Shown piece after piece: positions 31,128-41,252 of a stretch of DNA of 64,000 nt. The translations under genes and the position numbers were made by a program. How positions within the stretch are numbered: position 1 is the stretch's first letter; every line of letters begins with the position of its first letter. Origin of the DNA: an uncultured Chloroflexia bacterium (GTDB taxonomy: Bacteria > Chloroflexota > Limnocylindria > Limnocylindrales > CSP1-4); NCBI GenBank assembly GCA_963810065.1, contig CAWELX010000001.1, forward strand, positions 41,750-105,749, read 5' to 3'. The notes beneath the pieces were generated by a model, which was not told where the DNA came from, searched no databases, and saw nothing but the letters and a program-made list of their open reading frames with translations.

Positions 31128-32801
31128 CTACTCCACGCTGATGAGGTACCGGTAGTGCGGCTGACCGCCGTGGCGGACCTCGACCTCCTCGACCGCCGGC
31201 CAGGCCTCCTGGACGAGGCGCGCCAGCCGCTCCGCGTCGGCCAGGTCGGCGCCGTCGCCGTACCACAGGGTCACCAGGCTGAAGCCGGGAGCGAGCGCCG
31301 CGATTCCGGCCAGCACCGCCCGGTCGTGATCGTCGTCCGCGGCGAGCAGCCCGTCGTCGGGATCGAGCGCCATCGTCTGTCCGCGCTTGACCTTCCGGCG
31401 CGACACCACGGCGTCCCGGACCGCCTCCGTGACGAGGAGCGTCTGGAGTGCCCGGCTGGCCTCCAGCATGGTTTCCGCGTTCCCGCTCGCGCCGAGCCCG
31501 GCATCCACCTCGAGGAGGGCCGCGATCCCCTCGGCGACGTTGCGGGTCGGCACGACCCGGACCGGCCGGTCCGCCATCTCCGCCGCCTGCCCTGCGGCCA
31601 GCTTCACGTTCGGGTTGTTCGGCAGGACCACGACCTCCTCGCCCGGCGAGGCCGTGATGGCGGCCAGGATCTCCCCGGCACTCGGGTTCTCGGCCTGCCC
31701 GCCGCGCACGATCGAAACATGGATCCGCTCGTCCGCGATACCGAACGCGGCCAGCGCCTCGGCGAGGCCGTCTCCGGGCGCGACGGCCACGATCCCGAGG
31801 GGGACGCGCAGGGCACCGGGCTCGGGGCGCGGCTCGGCGGGCACGGCCCCGGAGGAGCCCGCGCGCGCCTCGCGAAGCTCGGTGGTCTGGTGGTCGAGGT
31901 CCATGATCGTCGCGTTGACGATCCTCCCCAGCTGGAGCGCCTGCCGGAGGACCAGGTCGGGGCGCCCGTTGTGCACGTGGATCTTGGCGGCCTTCGGATC
32001 CCCGGCGACGTTGACGGACTCGCCGGTGCGCACGAGGTACGCACGAATCCGGTCGAGGTCCAGCAGCTGGCCCGCGAACGGGTGGACCAGGTACACGGTC
32101 TCGTAGCCGTGGCCGGTGTCGGCGTGGTGGTACTCCGCCGGCGTCGGGCCGGCGTGACGGGCGGTCCGGGCCGGGGTCGGGACGGCTACCTCGCCGCGAA
32201 CGTAGGCCAGGGCGCCTTCGAACAGCCGCAGCAGGCCGGCGCCACCCGAATCCACGACGCCAGCTTCGCGCAGAACGGGCAGCAGGCTGGGCGTCTTCTC
32301 GAGCGCGCGCGCCGCCGCATGGGTCGCCGACCAGAGGACCGCCTCGACATCGTTGGACCGCTCGGCCGTCTCCACGGCCACCGCGGAGGCCTCCCGGATC
32401 ACGGTGAGCATGGTGCCCTCGACGGGCCGCGGGACGGCGCCGTAGGCGGCCGTCGAGGCGAGGGCCAGTGCATGGGCCAAGTCGAGGCCGTTGAAGCGGC
32501 GCTTCCCGGCGAACCCCTCCGCGAGTCCCCGGACGACCTGGCTCAGGATGACCCCGGAGTTGCCGCGGGCCCCGAAGAGCGCCCCTTCACGGAGCCGCTC
32601 GGCCACGGCCTCGACGCTCGTGTCGTCGCGAACGTAGTCCAGCATCTCGCGGCAGGTCGCGATCATGTTGGAGCCCGTGTCGCCGTCGGGCACGGGGAAG
32701 ACGTTCAGCGCGTTGATCTCTTCGACGTGGGCCTCGAGGTTCGCGACGGCGGCGCGCACGGCCTCCAGGAATCCCGCGCCATCGCAGGCCAGGCGGACCA
32801 C
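31128..32801 (-). CDS. DAK2-domain protein (FakA/YloV-like fatty acid kinase)
   Basis: LNVFPVPDGDTGSNM, GARGNSGVILSQ, VVDSGG, GGQPHY. Confidence 0.93.
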   Translation of the reverse strand: MVRLACDGAGFLEAVRAAVANLEAHVEEINALNVFPVPDGDTGSNMIATCREMLDYVRDDTSVEAVAERLREGALFGARGNSGVILSQVVRGLAEGFAGKRRFNGLDLAHALALASTAAYGAVPRPVEGTMLTVIREASAVAVETAERSNDVEAVLWSATHAAARALEKTPSLLPVLREAGVVDSGGAGLLRLFEGALAYVRGEVAVPTPARTARHAGPTPAEYHHADTGHGYETVYLVHPFAGQLLDLDRIRAYLVRTGESVNVAGDPKAAKIHVHNGRPDLVLRQALQLGRIVNATIMDLDHQTTELREARAGSSGAVPAEPRPEPGALRVPLGIVAVAPGDGLAEALAAFGIADERIHVSIVRGGQAENPSAGEILAAITASPGEEVVVLPNNPNVKLAAGQAAEMADRPVRVVPTRNVAEGIAALLEVDAGLGASGNAETMLEASRALQTLLVTEAVRDAVVSRRKVKRGQTMALDPDDGLLAADDDHDRAVLAGIAALAPGFSLVTLWYGDGADLADAERLARLVQEAWPAVEEVEVRHGGQPHYRYLISVE

Positions 32802-33212
32802 CTACGTGGCGTCCTCGCTGGACGCCTGGGCGACGGCGTCCGCCTTCCCGGGAGCGCGGTCCCCGGCGGTGGTGAAGGGGCCGGCCTCCAGGCCCTCGAC
32901 ATGGATCGTCACGGATCCGACCTCGCGTCCAAGCGCCCGGCGCAGCGAGTAGCGGACCGCGGAGTCGACCTGCCGCGCCACCTCGGCGACGGGCAGCCCG
33001 TAGGCGATCGTCAGGCGCACGTCCACCGCCACCTCGGGACGGAGGGCCACCCGGATCGGCGGGCGGCGGAGGCCCAGGCGTCCCAGGAACGACTGCGCGA
33101 GGCCGGTCACGCCATAGCTCCCGAGGACGGCGACCCGGACGATCTCGACGAGCGCGCGGCGCGTCACGAGCGCCTGGCCCGGAATGGCAGGAGGCGACGG
33201 CGCATCGCGCAT
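32802..33212 (-). CDS. Asp23/Gls24 family protein (YloU-like)
   Basis: AVLGSYGVTGL..YGLPVAEVA..VRY..VTIHVEG; GGAGG SD; upstream of DAK2. Confidence 0.88.
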   Translation of the reverse strand: MRDAPSPPAIPGQALVTRRALVEIVRVAVLGSYGVTGLAQSFLGRLGLRRPPIRVALRPEVAVDVRLTIAYGLPVAEVARQVDSAVRYSLRRALGREVGSVTIHVEGLEAGPFTTAGDRAPGKADAVAQASSEDAT

Positions 33213-33369
33213 GCGGGCTCGGACCTCCGGGATGGACGGGCGAACGTGGAACGATGTGCTAGCATACAGCCTCCCCGGGAGCGCTCCGGCGGCGCCTTGG
33301 CGTGCCGGTCTCCCGATCGACGGGCCCGCCCGTCCTGAGACCACGATCACTGCCACCACGAGGAACTCC

Positions 33370-33567
33370 ATGGCCCGTAGCTGCGCGATCTGCGGCAAGG
33401 TCGCGATGGGCGGCTTCAACCCGCAGTCCAGCGGGATGAACCGCGTCCGTGCCCACCGGCGCTACCAGCCCAACCTCCAGACGCTTGCCGTCGTCGAGGG
33501 TGGCGTGGTGACCCGCAAGCTCGTCTGCACGCGCTGCAAGCGCACGCAGTCCAAGAAGTCCCGCTGA
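33370..33567 (+). CDS. rpmB: 50S ribosomal protein L28
   Basis: MARSCAICGK..RRYQPNLQ..VCTRC; GAGGA SD. Confidence 0.95.
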   Translation: MARSCAICGKVAMGGFNPQSSGMNRVRAHRRYQPNLQTLAVVEGGVVTRKLVCTRCKRTQSKKSR

Positions 33568-33695
33568 TCACCCGCCGGGTCGCCACCCGGCACGCCGCCC
33601 CACGGGCCCGGTCCGCGCCGCGCGACCGGGCCGTTCCATGCCTCCCGCCGCGCGACCTGCCTCCGGCGTCGCCCGCGTGGGAGCCCTCGGCGGAC

Positions 33696-33751
33696 ACGCT
33701 CAACGATCCGGGGCGAACGCTCAGCGATCCAGGGCGAACGCTCAGCGATCC
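33696..33751. repeat. 21-bp tandem repeat, about 2.7 copies, spanning dtd stop codon
   Basis: ACGCTCARCGATCCRGGGCGA units at 33696, 33717, 33738. Confidence 0.85.
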
Positions 33752-34188
33752 GCGGTGTCCAGCCAGACCGTGAACGGGCCGTCGTTGACGAGCTCGACCT
33801 CCATCGAGCGCCCGAAGCGACCCTCCGCGGTCGTCACCCCAAGCTCCTCGAGGGCGCGGCAGAAGCACGTGTACACCGCCTCGGCGTGGGCCGGCGCCGC
33901 GGCGTCCGTGAAACCCGGCCGGCGCCCGCGACGGGTGTCCGCGTAGAGCGTGAACTGGCTGACCGCGAGGATCGCGCCGGCCACGTCGGCAAGCGCCAGG
34001 TTCGTGCGGCCCTCGGCATCCTCGTGGATGCGCAGCTCCACGATCCGCCGCGCCAGCGAGCCGGCGAGCGCGCAGTCGTCACCGGGGGCGATGCCGAGCA
34101 GGACCAGGAGGCCGCGCCCGATCGACCCGACGACCTCGCCCTCTACGCGGACCTCGGCCCGCGAGACACGCTGCAGGAGCGCGCGCAT
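33742..34188 (-). CDS. dtd: D-aminoacyl-tRNA deacylase
   Basis: MRALLQRV, VSQFTL, GRRPGF, NDGPFT. Confidence 0.97.
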   Translation of the reverse strand: MRALLQRVSRAEVRVEGEVVGSIGRGLLVLLGIAPGDDCALAGSLARRIVELRIHEDAEGRTNLALADVAGAILAVSQFTLYADTRRGRRPGFTDAAAPAHAEAVYTCFCRALEELGVTTAEGRFGRSMEVELVNDGPFTVWLDTADR

Positions 34189-35193
34189 CTAGCCGGCCGT
34201 TTCGGCGTCCGGGAGCACGTCGTTCGCCGGTGCGGATCCAGCCTCCGCGCGCGCCGCGGTGGCGGCCTCCTGCAGCTCGTCCCGGCGGGCGCCGAAGCGC
34301 TCCTCGACCCAGGCCGCGGCGGCATGCGGGACCAGCAGGTCCACGTCGCGGATCCCTCCGGGACCCACGAAACCGTCGCCGCGGAGCACCAGGACGGGAA
34401 CGCCCGCCGCCTCGACCGCGTCTCGCAGCGGCTCGCCGAGCTCACGGGGCAGCGACGCCAGCCGGACCAGCCGGTCGCGCGGTCCGGGCAGCACACCGCC
34501 GTTCAGCTCCACGGCATAGCCCTCGTCCGCCAGCGCCCGCATCAGGCGCACCTCGCGGGCCGCGTTGCGGCCGTGCGCGAAGAGCGCCGTTCCGGCGACC
34601 AGGACATCCGCCCCCAGCCCGCCGATGATCTCGGCGGTCTCGCGGTTCACGCCGCCGTCGACGTGCACCTCCCCGCCCCACGGCTTGTCGGCGAGGAGCC
34701 GCCGTGCCGCCGGGATCTTCTCCGTCGCGACGTCGCGCATGAACGCCTGCCCGCCGAAGCCGGGCTCGACGGTCATGACCATCACGATGTCGAGGAGGTG
34801 CCGGTACGGCTCGAGCGCCGACATCGGCGTTCCGGGCCGCATCGCAAGCCCGGCGGCCCGGCCGGCGGCCTTGATCCGTCGCAGGATCGGCTCAATCGGC
34901 TCCTCCACCTCGACGTGGATCGTCACGGAATCGCAGCCGGCGCCAAGGAAGTCGTCGAGCCAGCGCCCCGGCTCGGCGATCATCAGGTGGGCATCGAACG
35001 GCGACCTCGTGATCGGGCGGAGGTGCGCGATCGTCGTCCAGCCGAACGTCAGGTTCGGCACGAACCGCGCGTCCATGACGTCCACGTGGATCCGGTCCGC
35101 ACCGGCCTTGACGGCGCGCCGGACCTCGCGCGCCAGGTTCGCCAGGTCGGCGTTGAGGATGCTCGCCGCGATCAGGGCGCGTCCGTCTCCCAT
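34189..35193 (-). CDS. rpe: Ribulose-phosphate 3-epimerase with C-terminal extra domain
   Basis: ASILNAD, HVDVMD.RFVPNLT, DAHLMI, MTVEPGFGGQ, VDGG. Confidence 0.95.
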   Translation of the reverse strand: MGDGRALIAASILNADLANLAREVRRAVKAGADRIHVDVMDARFVPNLTFGWTTIAHLRPITRSPFDAHLMIAEPGRWLDDFLGAGCDSVTIHVEVEEPIEPILRRIKAAGRAAGLAMRPGTPMSALEPYRHLLDIVMVMTVEPGFGGQAFMRDVATEKIPAARRLLADKPWGGEVHVDGGVNRETAEIIGGLGADVLVAGTALFAHGRNAAREVRLMRALADEGYAVELNGGVLPGPRDRLVRLASLPRELGEPLRDAVEAAGVPVLVLRGDGFVGPGGIRDVDLLVPHAAAAWVEERFGARRDELQEAATAARAEAGSAPANDVLPDAETAG

Positions 35194-36521
35194 CAGCGGC
35201 GCCCCCGGGCCCGGGGGGCCCTCCCGGCGGTCGATCGTCCGGGAGCCGTCGCACGCCCAGCCGGCGCGGGGCCGGTGCTCGCCCGTCCGATGGCTGCACG
35301 CCCAGCCGGCGCGGGGCCGGTGCTTCGCTCCCCGCGCAGGGCCGCCGCGGATTCCGCGACCAGGCGCTCGCGGCGGCGCGCGACGGCCGGGGCGGGCGGC
35401 TCGCCCGCCCGCTCGGCGGCCAGCTGGCCGCACGCGGCGCCTACCTCCTGGCCGCGGTTCCGGCGCACGGTGACCCCCACCCCGCCCTCGCTCAGACGGC
35501 CCGCGAAGGCCGCGATCCGTTGCGGGGCGCTGGCGACCCAGGGCGTGTGGGCCACGGGATTCATCGGGATGCAGTTCACGTGGGCCCCCGAGCCACGCAG
35601 GAGGCGCACCACGGCATCGGCGTCGCCGAGGGTGTCGTTGATCCCCTCGATCATCACGTACTCGTAGCTCAGGCGGCGGCCCGTCGCCTCGCCATAGGCC
35701 CGCGCGGCTGCCACGACATCGGCCACCGGCCAGCGGCGGTTCAGCGGGACGAGCAGGTCGCGGAGCGGGTCGCGGGCTGCGTGCAGGCTGATGGCCAGGG
35801 TCCACTGCGGACGCAGCCGCGTCAGGCGCTCGATCGCCGGCACGACCCCCGACGTCGAGATCGTGAGATGGCGGGAGCCCATGCCGAAGCGCAGGGGATC
35901 CGTCAGCGCGGCGGCGGCGGCGAGGACGGCATCCAGGTTGAGGAGCGGTTCGCCCATGCCCATGAACACGATGTTGGTGAGGTGCCGGCCCACGACGGCC
36001 AGGCGTCGTTGGGCGTGGCGCGCCTGGTCGACGATCTCGGCGACCTCCAGGTCGCGCTCGAACCCGAGCTCCCCGGTCGCGCAGAAGGGGCAGCCGACGG
36101 CGCAGCCGGCCTGGCTGCTGAGGCACAGCGTGTTGCGCTCGCGGCGCCCGGCGCCCGGCGGATAGTGCATCAGGACGGATTCGATGAGGCGGCCGTCGGA
36201 CAGGCGATGCAGGGCCTTCTCCGTGGCCCCGTCGTCCGCGGCGCGAAGGTCGGTCTCGGCAAGCGTGTCGAACCTCGTCCGCTCGGCCAGCGCCGCGCGG
36301 AGCGGTCGCGCCAGCGGCGTGACCTCGTCCCAGCCGGCCGCGGTGGAGCGCCACGCCGCGTCCGCGACCTGCCGCGCGCGGAATGCGGGCTCGCCGAGCT
36401 CGGCCACCAGCTCGACGACGTCGGCCGGCGCGAGGCCCCCGATCCCGGGTCGGACGTCGCGCGGGGTCGCGGCCACCGGCAGCGCGCGGACGGGGCGGTT
36501 GGCCGTCGTGGAGTCGCTCAT
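35193..36521 (-). CDS. rlmN: 23S rRNA/tRNA m2A methyltransferase RlmN
   Basis: CLSSQAGCAVGCPFCATG, MGMGEP, AACGQL. Confidence 0.97.
   Translation of the reverse strand: MSDSTTANRPVRALPVAATPRDVRPGIGGLAPADVVELVAELGEPAFRARQVADAAWRSTAAGWDEVTPLARPLRAALAERTRFDTLAETDLRAADDGATEKALHRLSDGRLIESVLMHYPPGAGRRERNTLCLSSQAGCAVGCPFCATGELGFERDLEVAEIVDQARHAQRRLAVVGRHLTNIVFMGMGEPLLNLDAVLAAAAALTDPLRFGMGSRHLTISTSGVVPAIERLTRLRPQWTLAISLHAARDPLRDLLVPLNRRWPVADVVAAARAYGEATGRRLSYEYVMIEGINDTLGDADAVVRLLRGSGAHVNCIPMNPVAHTPWVASAPQRIAAFAGRLSEGGVGVTVRRNRGQEVGAACGQLAAERAGEPPAPAVARRRERLVAESAAALRGERSTGPAPAGRAAIGRASTGPAPAGRATAPGRSTAGRAPRARGRR
35251..35324. repeat. 29-bp direct repeat with 45-bp period in rlmN tail
   Basis: GCACGCCCAGCCGGCGCGGGGCCGGTGCT at 35251 and 35296. 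Confidence 0.85.
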
Positions 36522-36528
36522 CAGGAGG

Positions 36529-37467
36529 TCATCGTACCCGCGAGCCGATCACGGCGGGCCGGCCCCGCAGGTACGCGGCGCCGTCCATGGCCCGACCGCC
36601 GGCCGGCCGCACCTCCAGGAGCCTGAGCCAGCCGTCGGCCGTGACCAGGGCCAGCCCGCGGTCATCGCGGGCGAGCGTGCCCGCGACGTCGGCCGGCCGA
36701 CCGGCCGCAGCCGTCGCGGCGAGGACCGCCAGGCGGCCTTCGGCGAGGTCGAGATACGTCCCGGGCCACGGGCGCAGGCCGCGCACACGACGCTCCAGCT
36801 CCATGGCGGGCCGGGTCGGGTCGAGGCGCCCGTCCTCGCGGACGAACGGGCGCGTCACGGTCACGCCCTCCTCCGGCTGCGCGCGGGACGGCAGCTCGCC
36901 GCGCAGGTAGGGGCCAATCGAACGGGCGAGGAGGCCCCCGGCCATCGCGGCCAGGCGCGTCTCCGCGCTGGGCGCGTCCTCGGTGGGTCCGAGGGCCGTC
37001 CGCTCCACCGCGACGAGGGGGCCGGTGTCCATCCCCGCGTCCATCCGGAACAGCGAGACCCCGGTCACGGTGTCGCCCGCCACGATGGCCGCCGGGATCG
37101 GCGTCGCGCCGCGATGGCGCGGGAGCAGCGACGGATGGAGGTTGAGGATTCCGCGGCGGGGAAGCTCGAGGACGGCCTGCGGCAGCAGCTTCCCGTAGTC
37201 GGCGAGGATCCCGACCTCGGTCCCGAGACCGGCGAGGTCCTCCACGAATGCTGCATCCCGCAGGCGCCCGGGCAGCACCACCGCGACTCCGAGCGCCGCG
37301 GCTCGCACCGCGACCGCGGTGGGAATCAGCTCGGCATGGCGCCCCGCGGGGCGAGGCGGCACGCTCACGACCGCAACGAGGGCCAGCTCCGGGGCAGCGG
37401 CCACGGCCTCGAGGACCGGCACCGCGAAGGCGCCGGATCCGAAGAAGACCGTCCGGGCGCGCTCCAC
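36529..37467 (-). CDS. fmt: Methionyl-tRNA formyltransferase
   Basis: VFFGSGAFA, NLHPSLLPRHRGATP, MDAGMDTG; GTG start after def stop. Confidence 0.96.
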   Translation of the reverse strand: MERARTVFFGSGAFAVPVLEAVAAAPELALVAVVSVPPRPAGRHAELIPTAVAVRAAALGVAVVLPGRLRDAAFVEDLAGLGTEVGILADYGKLLPQAVLELPRRGILNLHPSLLPRHRGATPIPAAIVAGDTVTGVSLFRMDAGMDTGPLVAVERTALGPTEDAPSAETRLAAMAGGLLARSIGPYLRGELPSRAQPEEGVTVTRPFVREDGRLDPTRPAMELERRVRGLRPWPGTYLDLAEGRLAVLAATAAAGRPADVAGTLARDDRGLALVTADGWLRLLEVRPAGGRAMDGAAYLRGRPAVIGSRVR

Positions 37468-37468
37468 G

Positions 37469-38023
37469 TCAGCCGCGCGAGGCCGTCCTTGCCTTCTCGG
37501 GGTCGATCCCTCGGCGCTCGAGCTCGGCGTCCACGTCGTCCTCGTCCTCGTCCTCGCCACCGCCCACCGGGATCAGCTCGTCCGGCGATTCCAGGTAGTC
37601 GATGTACAGCTTGCCCTGGAGGTGGTCCAGCTCGTGCTGGAGCGCTCGCCCCAGAAGCCCGCTGCCCGCGACCTTGACCTTTCGACCGACGCGATTCTGG
37701 GCCACGACCCAGACCTGCTCGCGGCGCGTGACGTACGCCACGAAGCCGGGAACGGACAGGCATCCCTCGAGATCACGATCGTCGCCCTCGGCGCGCACGA
37801 TCCTCGGGTTGACGAGCTCAAGGAGACGGCCACCCACCTCCACCACCGCCACGTTCAGGGGCTCGCCCAGCTGGGGCGCGGCCAGCCCCACCCCCGGCGC
37901 ATGGCGCATCGTGTCGGTGAGGTCGTCGAGGAGGTGATGCAGCAGCTTGCCGAAGCTCTCCACCGGCTCGCCCTTGAGGCGCAGCCGGGGATCGCCGAGC
38001 GTGAGGATCGGGAGGACGCTCAT
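37469..38023 (-). CDS. def: Peptide deformylase
   Basis: GVGLAAPQ, EGCLSVP, QHELDHLQG; TATACT 6 nt before ATG. Confidence 0.97.
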   Translation of the reverse strand: MSVLPILTLGDPRLRLKGEPVESFGKLLHHLLDDLTDTMRHAPGVGLAAPQLGEPLNVAVVEVGGRLLELVNPRIVRAEGDDRDLEGCLSVPGFVAYVTRREQVWVVAQNRVGRKVKVAGSGLLGRALQHELDHLQGKLYIDYLESPDELIPVGGGEDEDEDDVDAELERRGIDPEKARTASRG

Positions 38024-38066
38024 GCCCGAAGTATACGGGAGCTCCCCGTGGCGGCCCCGGGATCCG

Positions 38067-38549
38067 TCAGGTCCGCGGCTCCTCCGGGGTGGGCGCGTCC
38101 GACGAGGGCACATCAGACGCCCCCGTTGGCGGCCCGGCCGTCTCCGGGCCCGGGGTCGCCTCGGGCGGCGGCATCCCGGCCTCGGCGCCACGGTGGCGAA
38201 CCTCCTCGGCAAAGCGTCGGGAGCGCTCTGCAACCCGCGTCCCCACGTCCTCGGTGACGTCGGCCGCACGCCGGGCCAGCGGGCCTGCCTTCTCCCCTGC
38301 CACGGCCGCCAGCTCTGCGGCCTTGGCCGCCACGTCGCGGGCGACGGGGGCCGCCTCGGCCGTGACGCGATCGATCATCTGCTGGAGCTGGACGAGCCAC
38401 TCGCGCGCCTGGGTGCTGCGTGCCTCGCCGCCCGGCTCCCACCCGCCGCCGGCTTCGGCGGCCGGCTCTGCGGCCGGCTCCGCGGGCGGGGTGTCGGACG
38501 GATCCGGCGTGGGCTCGGTCGCTGGAGACGGGTTCGTTTCGTCGGTCAT
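38067..38549 (-). CDS. Hypothetical protein, amphipathic helical core with Pro-rich ends
   Basis: ATG 38549 with GAGGAG SD; coding-like composition. Confidence 0.75.
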   Translation of the reverse strand: MTDETNPSPATEPTPDPSDTPPAEPAAEPAAEAGGGWEPGGEARSTQAREWLVQLQQMIDRVTAEAAPVARDVAAKAAELAAVAGEKAGPLARRAADVTEDVGTRVAERSRRFAEEVRHRGAEAGMPPPEATPGPETAGPPTGASDVPSSDAPTPEEPRT

Positions 38550-38707
38550 CGGTCGACTCCTCGTTCGGACGTCCATTCTCCGTCACTCCGGCCCACGCAG
38601 CCAAGGGTCCTCCGGACCGCCGGCTGCGCGGGCACGGGGCTGCGCCGGCCCGGGCGCGACAGCCCGCGGCCCGTCCGGCACCCGGCGGCATGCGCGGGGG
38701 CGCGCTC

Positions 38708-41247
38708 CTACAGCAGGCTCTCCGGGTCCACGTCCACCGACCACGGCGGCCCCGGATCGCCGTCGAGCACGGCCCGCGGGTCCGGGGCGCGAACCACGAG
38801 GTTGAAGCGCCAACGGCCGGCACGCCGGGGGACGTACGCCGGGGCGGGGCCCGCCACGACGACCGAGACGCCGCGCTCAAGAGCCCGGGCGCGGAGGATC
38901 CCGGCCATGTCGCGGCCGGCGGCGCGGGCAGCCTCGCGGTCCTCGAGGCCAACCGACAGCTTGATCGTGGATCCGAACGGGGGCGCCCCGAAGCGCTCGC
39001 GCGCCGCCAGCTCGGCGTCGTAGAACGCCGCCGCGTCACCCGACACCACGGCGCGGATGACCGGGTGCTCTGGCTGGTAGGTCTGCACGATCGCCCGGCC
39101 GGCCCGCTCGCCGCGCCCGGCACGCCCGATCGCCTGGACCAGCAGCTGGTACGTCCGCTCGGCGGCCCGCTCATCGGGCAGGGCCAGCGCGATGTCCGCG
39201 GAGACCACGCCGACGAGGGTAACCTCGGGGATGTCAAGACCCTTGGTGACCAGGCTCGTCCCGACCAGGACGTCGAGGCGGCCCTCCGTGAAGGCATCCA
39301 CGACCCTCGCGGCGGCGCCGCGGCGCTCCACGACGTCGCGGTCCAGGCGGCCCACCCGCAGCTCGGGGAACCGGCCCCGCACCTCCGCCTCCAGGCGCTC
39401 CGTGCCCCCGCCGAGGTAGCGGATGCGCGGCGAGGCGCAGGCGGGGCACCGGGAGACCATCGGCGCCGCGGCGCCGCAGTGATGGCACCGGAGGGTCATG
39501 CCCGCCTGGTGGTACACGAGCGGCCGCGTGCACTCCGGGCACGCCTGCACGTGCCCACAGTCGCGACACAGCACCGCCGACGCGGCCCCCCGGCGGTTGA
39601 TGACGAGGATCGCCCGGTCGCCGGCGACCCCGTCGAGGGCCGCCAGGCCTTCGACGAGTCGCGTCGAGAGGAGCCCGCGGTTGCCGGCCGCGAGCTCCGC
39701 CCGGAGGTCGACCAGCTCCACCTCCGGCGGAGCGCCCGCCGCCCGATCCGGCAGCGTCGACCGGCGGTGGAGGCCCAGCCGGGCACGGCCCTCCGTCTCC
39801 ACCGACGGCGTCGCGCTCCCGAGGACGATGGCCGCGCCGGCGAGCGCCCCGAGGCGCACGGCGACATCGCGGGCCTGGATCCGCGGCGTGCGGTCGCTCT
39901 TGTACGTCGCCTCGTGCTCCTCGTCCACCACGATGAGGCCGACGTCGGCGAACGGTGCGAGGACCGCCGTGCGCGTGCCCACGACGACGTCGACCGCGCC
40001 CGAGCGGATCCGGCGCCAGGCGTCGGCACGCTCGCCCTCCCCGAGCGCCGAGTGGACGACCGCCACCTCCGCGCCCAGGTCGGCCCGCAGGCGATCCACC
40101 AGCGGCAGGGCCAGGGCAATCTCCGGCACCAGGACCAGCGCCGGCCGGCCCGCGGCGAGGCAGGCGGCGATCGCCTCCGCGTACACCGCCGTCTTGCCGC
40201 CGCCCGTCGGGCCGTCGAGGAGGAGCGGCGTCGCGTCGCGCGCGGCCAACGCCGACACCACCGCGGCGCACGCGGAGGCCTGCGCCTCCGAGAGCGCGGC
40301 GCCGGCCGGCCGGCTGCCCCGGCTCCCGACGCCCCGGGTCGCGAGCGGGTCGCGGGACCGCTCGCGCGTCACCAGGTCGAGCAGGCCGCGTCGCGCCAGG
40401 GATGCAAGGCTCCCCGCCCCGTGCCGCGCGGCAAGGGCCGCGGCGGCCACGCCGGCCTCACCCGCGGGGGCCAGCTCCTCCAGGACGGCGCGCTGGCGCG
40501 GGCCCAGCATCCGGCCGTCGGGTGGACGCGCCCCGCCCGCCACGTCCAGTCCGTCCCGCGTGGCGCAGGCCCAGCGCTCGTAGCGCGGCAGTGCGCCGGC
40601 GACGCCCAGGGCCCACTCCAGGTGGACCCGCCCGGCGCGCTCGAGCGTCCGCAGGCGTCGCAACGTTGCCGGCCGGCTCTCCCCGACGGGAAGGGCCCGC
40701 AGGGGCCGCGGTCCGGCGGCAAGGGCCTCGAGGAGGGCGGCTGTCGCGGGGTCGTCGGCGGGATCGGGACCTCCCAGCGCCGTCGCGACAAGATCCAGAC
40801 GTTCCAGGAGACCGGGCGGCAGCATCGCCCGGATCACCATCGCCGCCGGCGCCAGGTAGTGATCGGCGATCCAGCGGGCGAGCGCCAGCGACAGCGGTGG
40901 GAGGAGCGGCCCGTCGGCGCGCACGCGCGCGACCAGGGGCCGGGGCGTGACGCCCTCGGGCGCGTTCGCGTCTCCCAGCACGATCCCCAGCGCTCGGCGG
41001 CGTCCCCACTCCACGAGGACCGCTTCGCCGGCCACGACGTCGGACAGGGGCTCGGGGACCGCATAGGTCCAGGTCCGGTCGCCCGCCACGCCGGTGGCGT
41101 CGATGGCGACCTCGACGCAGCGCTCCAGCGCTGGCTCGGCCGTGAGGCCGGGGCCTGGCTCGGCCGTGAGGCCGGGGCCCGGCCTGGGCGCGGGAGCCCG
41201 GGACCCGGGCTGGGCGCCGCGGCCGCGCCGACGTCACCCGGGCTCAT
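38708..41247 (-). CDS. priA: Primosomal protein N' (5' end uncertain, likely frameshift near 41192)
   Basis: GPTGGGKT, VPEIAL, DEEHE..YK, Zn fingers, GGGTE, GRAGR; ORF open 38708-41233. Confidence 0.93.
41132..41179. repeat. 24-bp tandem duplication at priA 5' end
   Basis: TGGCTCGGCCGTGAGGCCGGGGCC x2. Confidence 0.9.
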
Positions 41248-41252
41248 CGACG

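Noticed and set aside
28572-33338. Very long plus-strand ORFs (1588 aa here; also 15296-18487, 18811-21669, 38420-41302, 43581-46082)
   Set aside because: Antisense shadows of real minus-strand genes, caused by stop-codon scarcity at very high GC; no recognisable motifs
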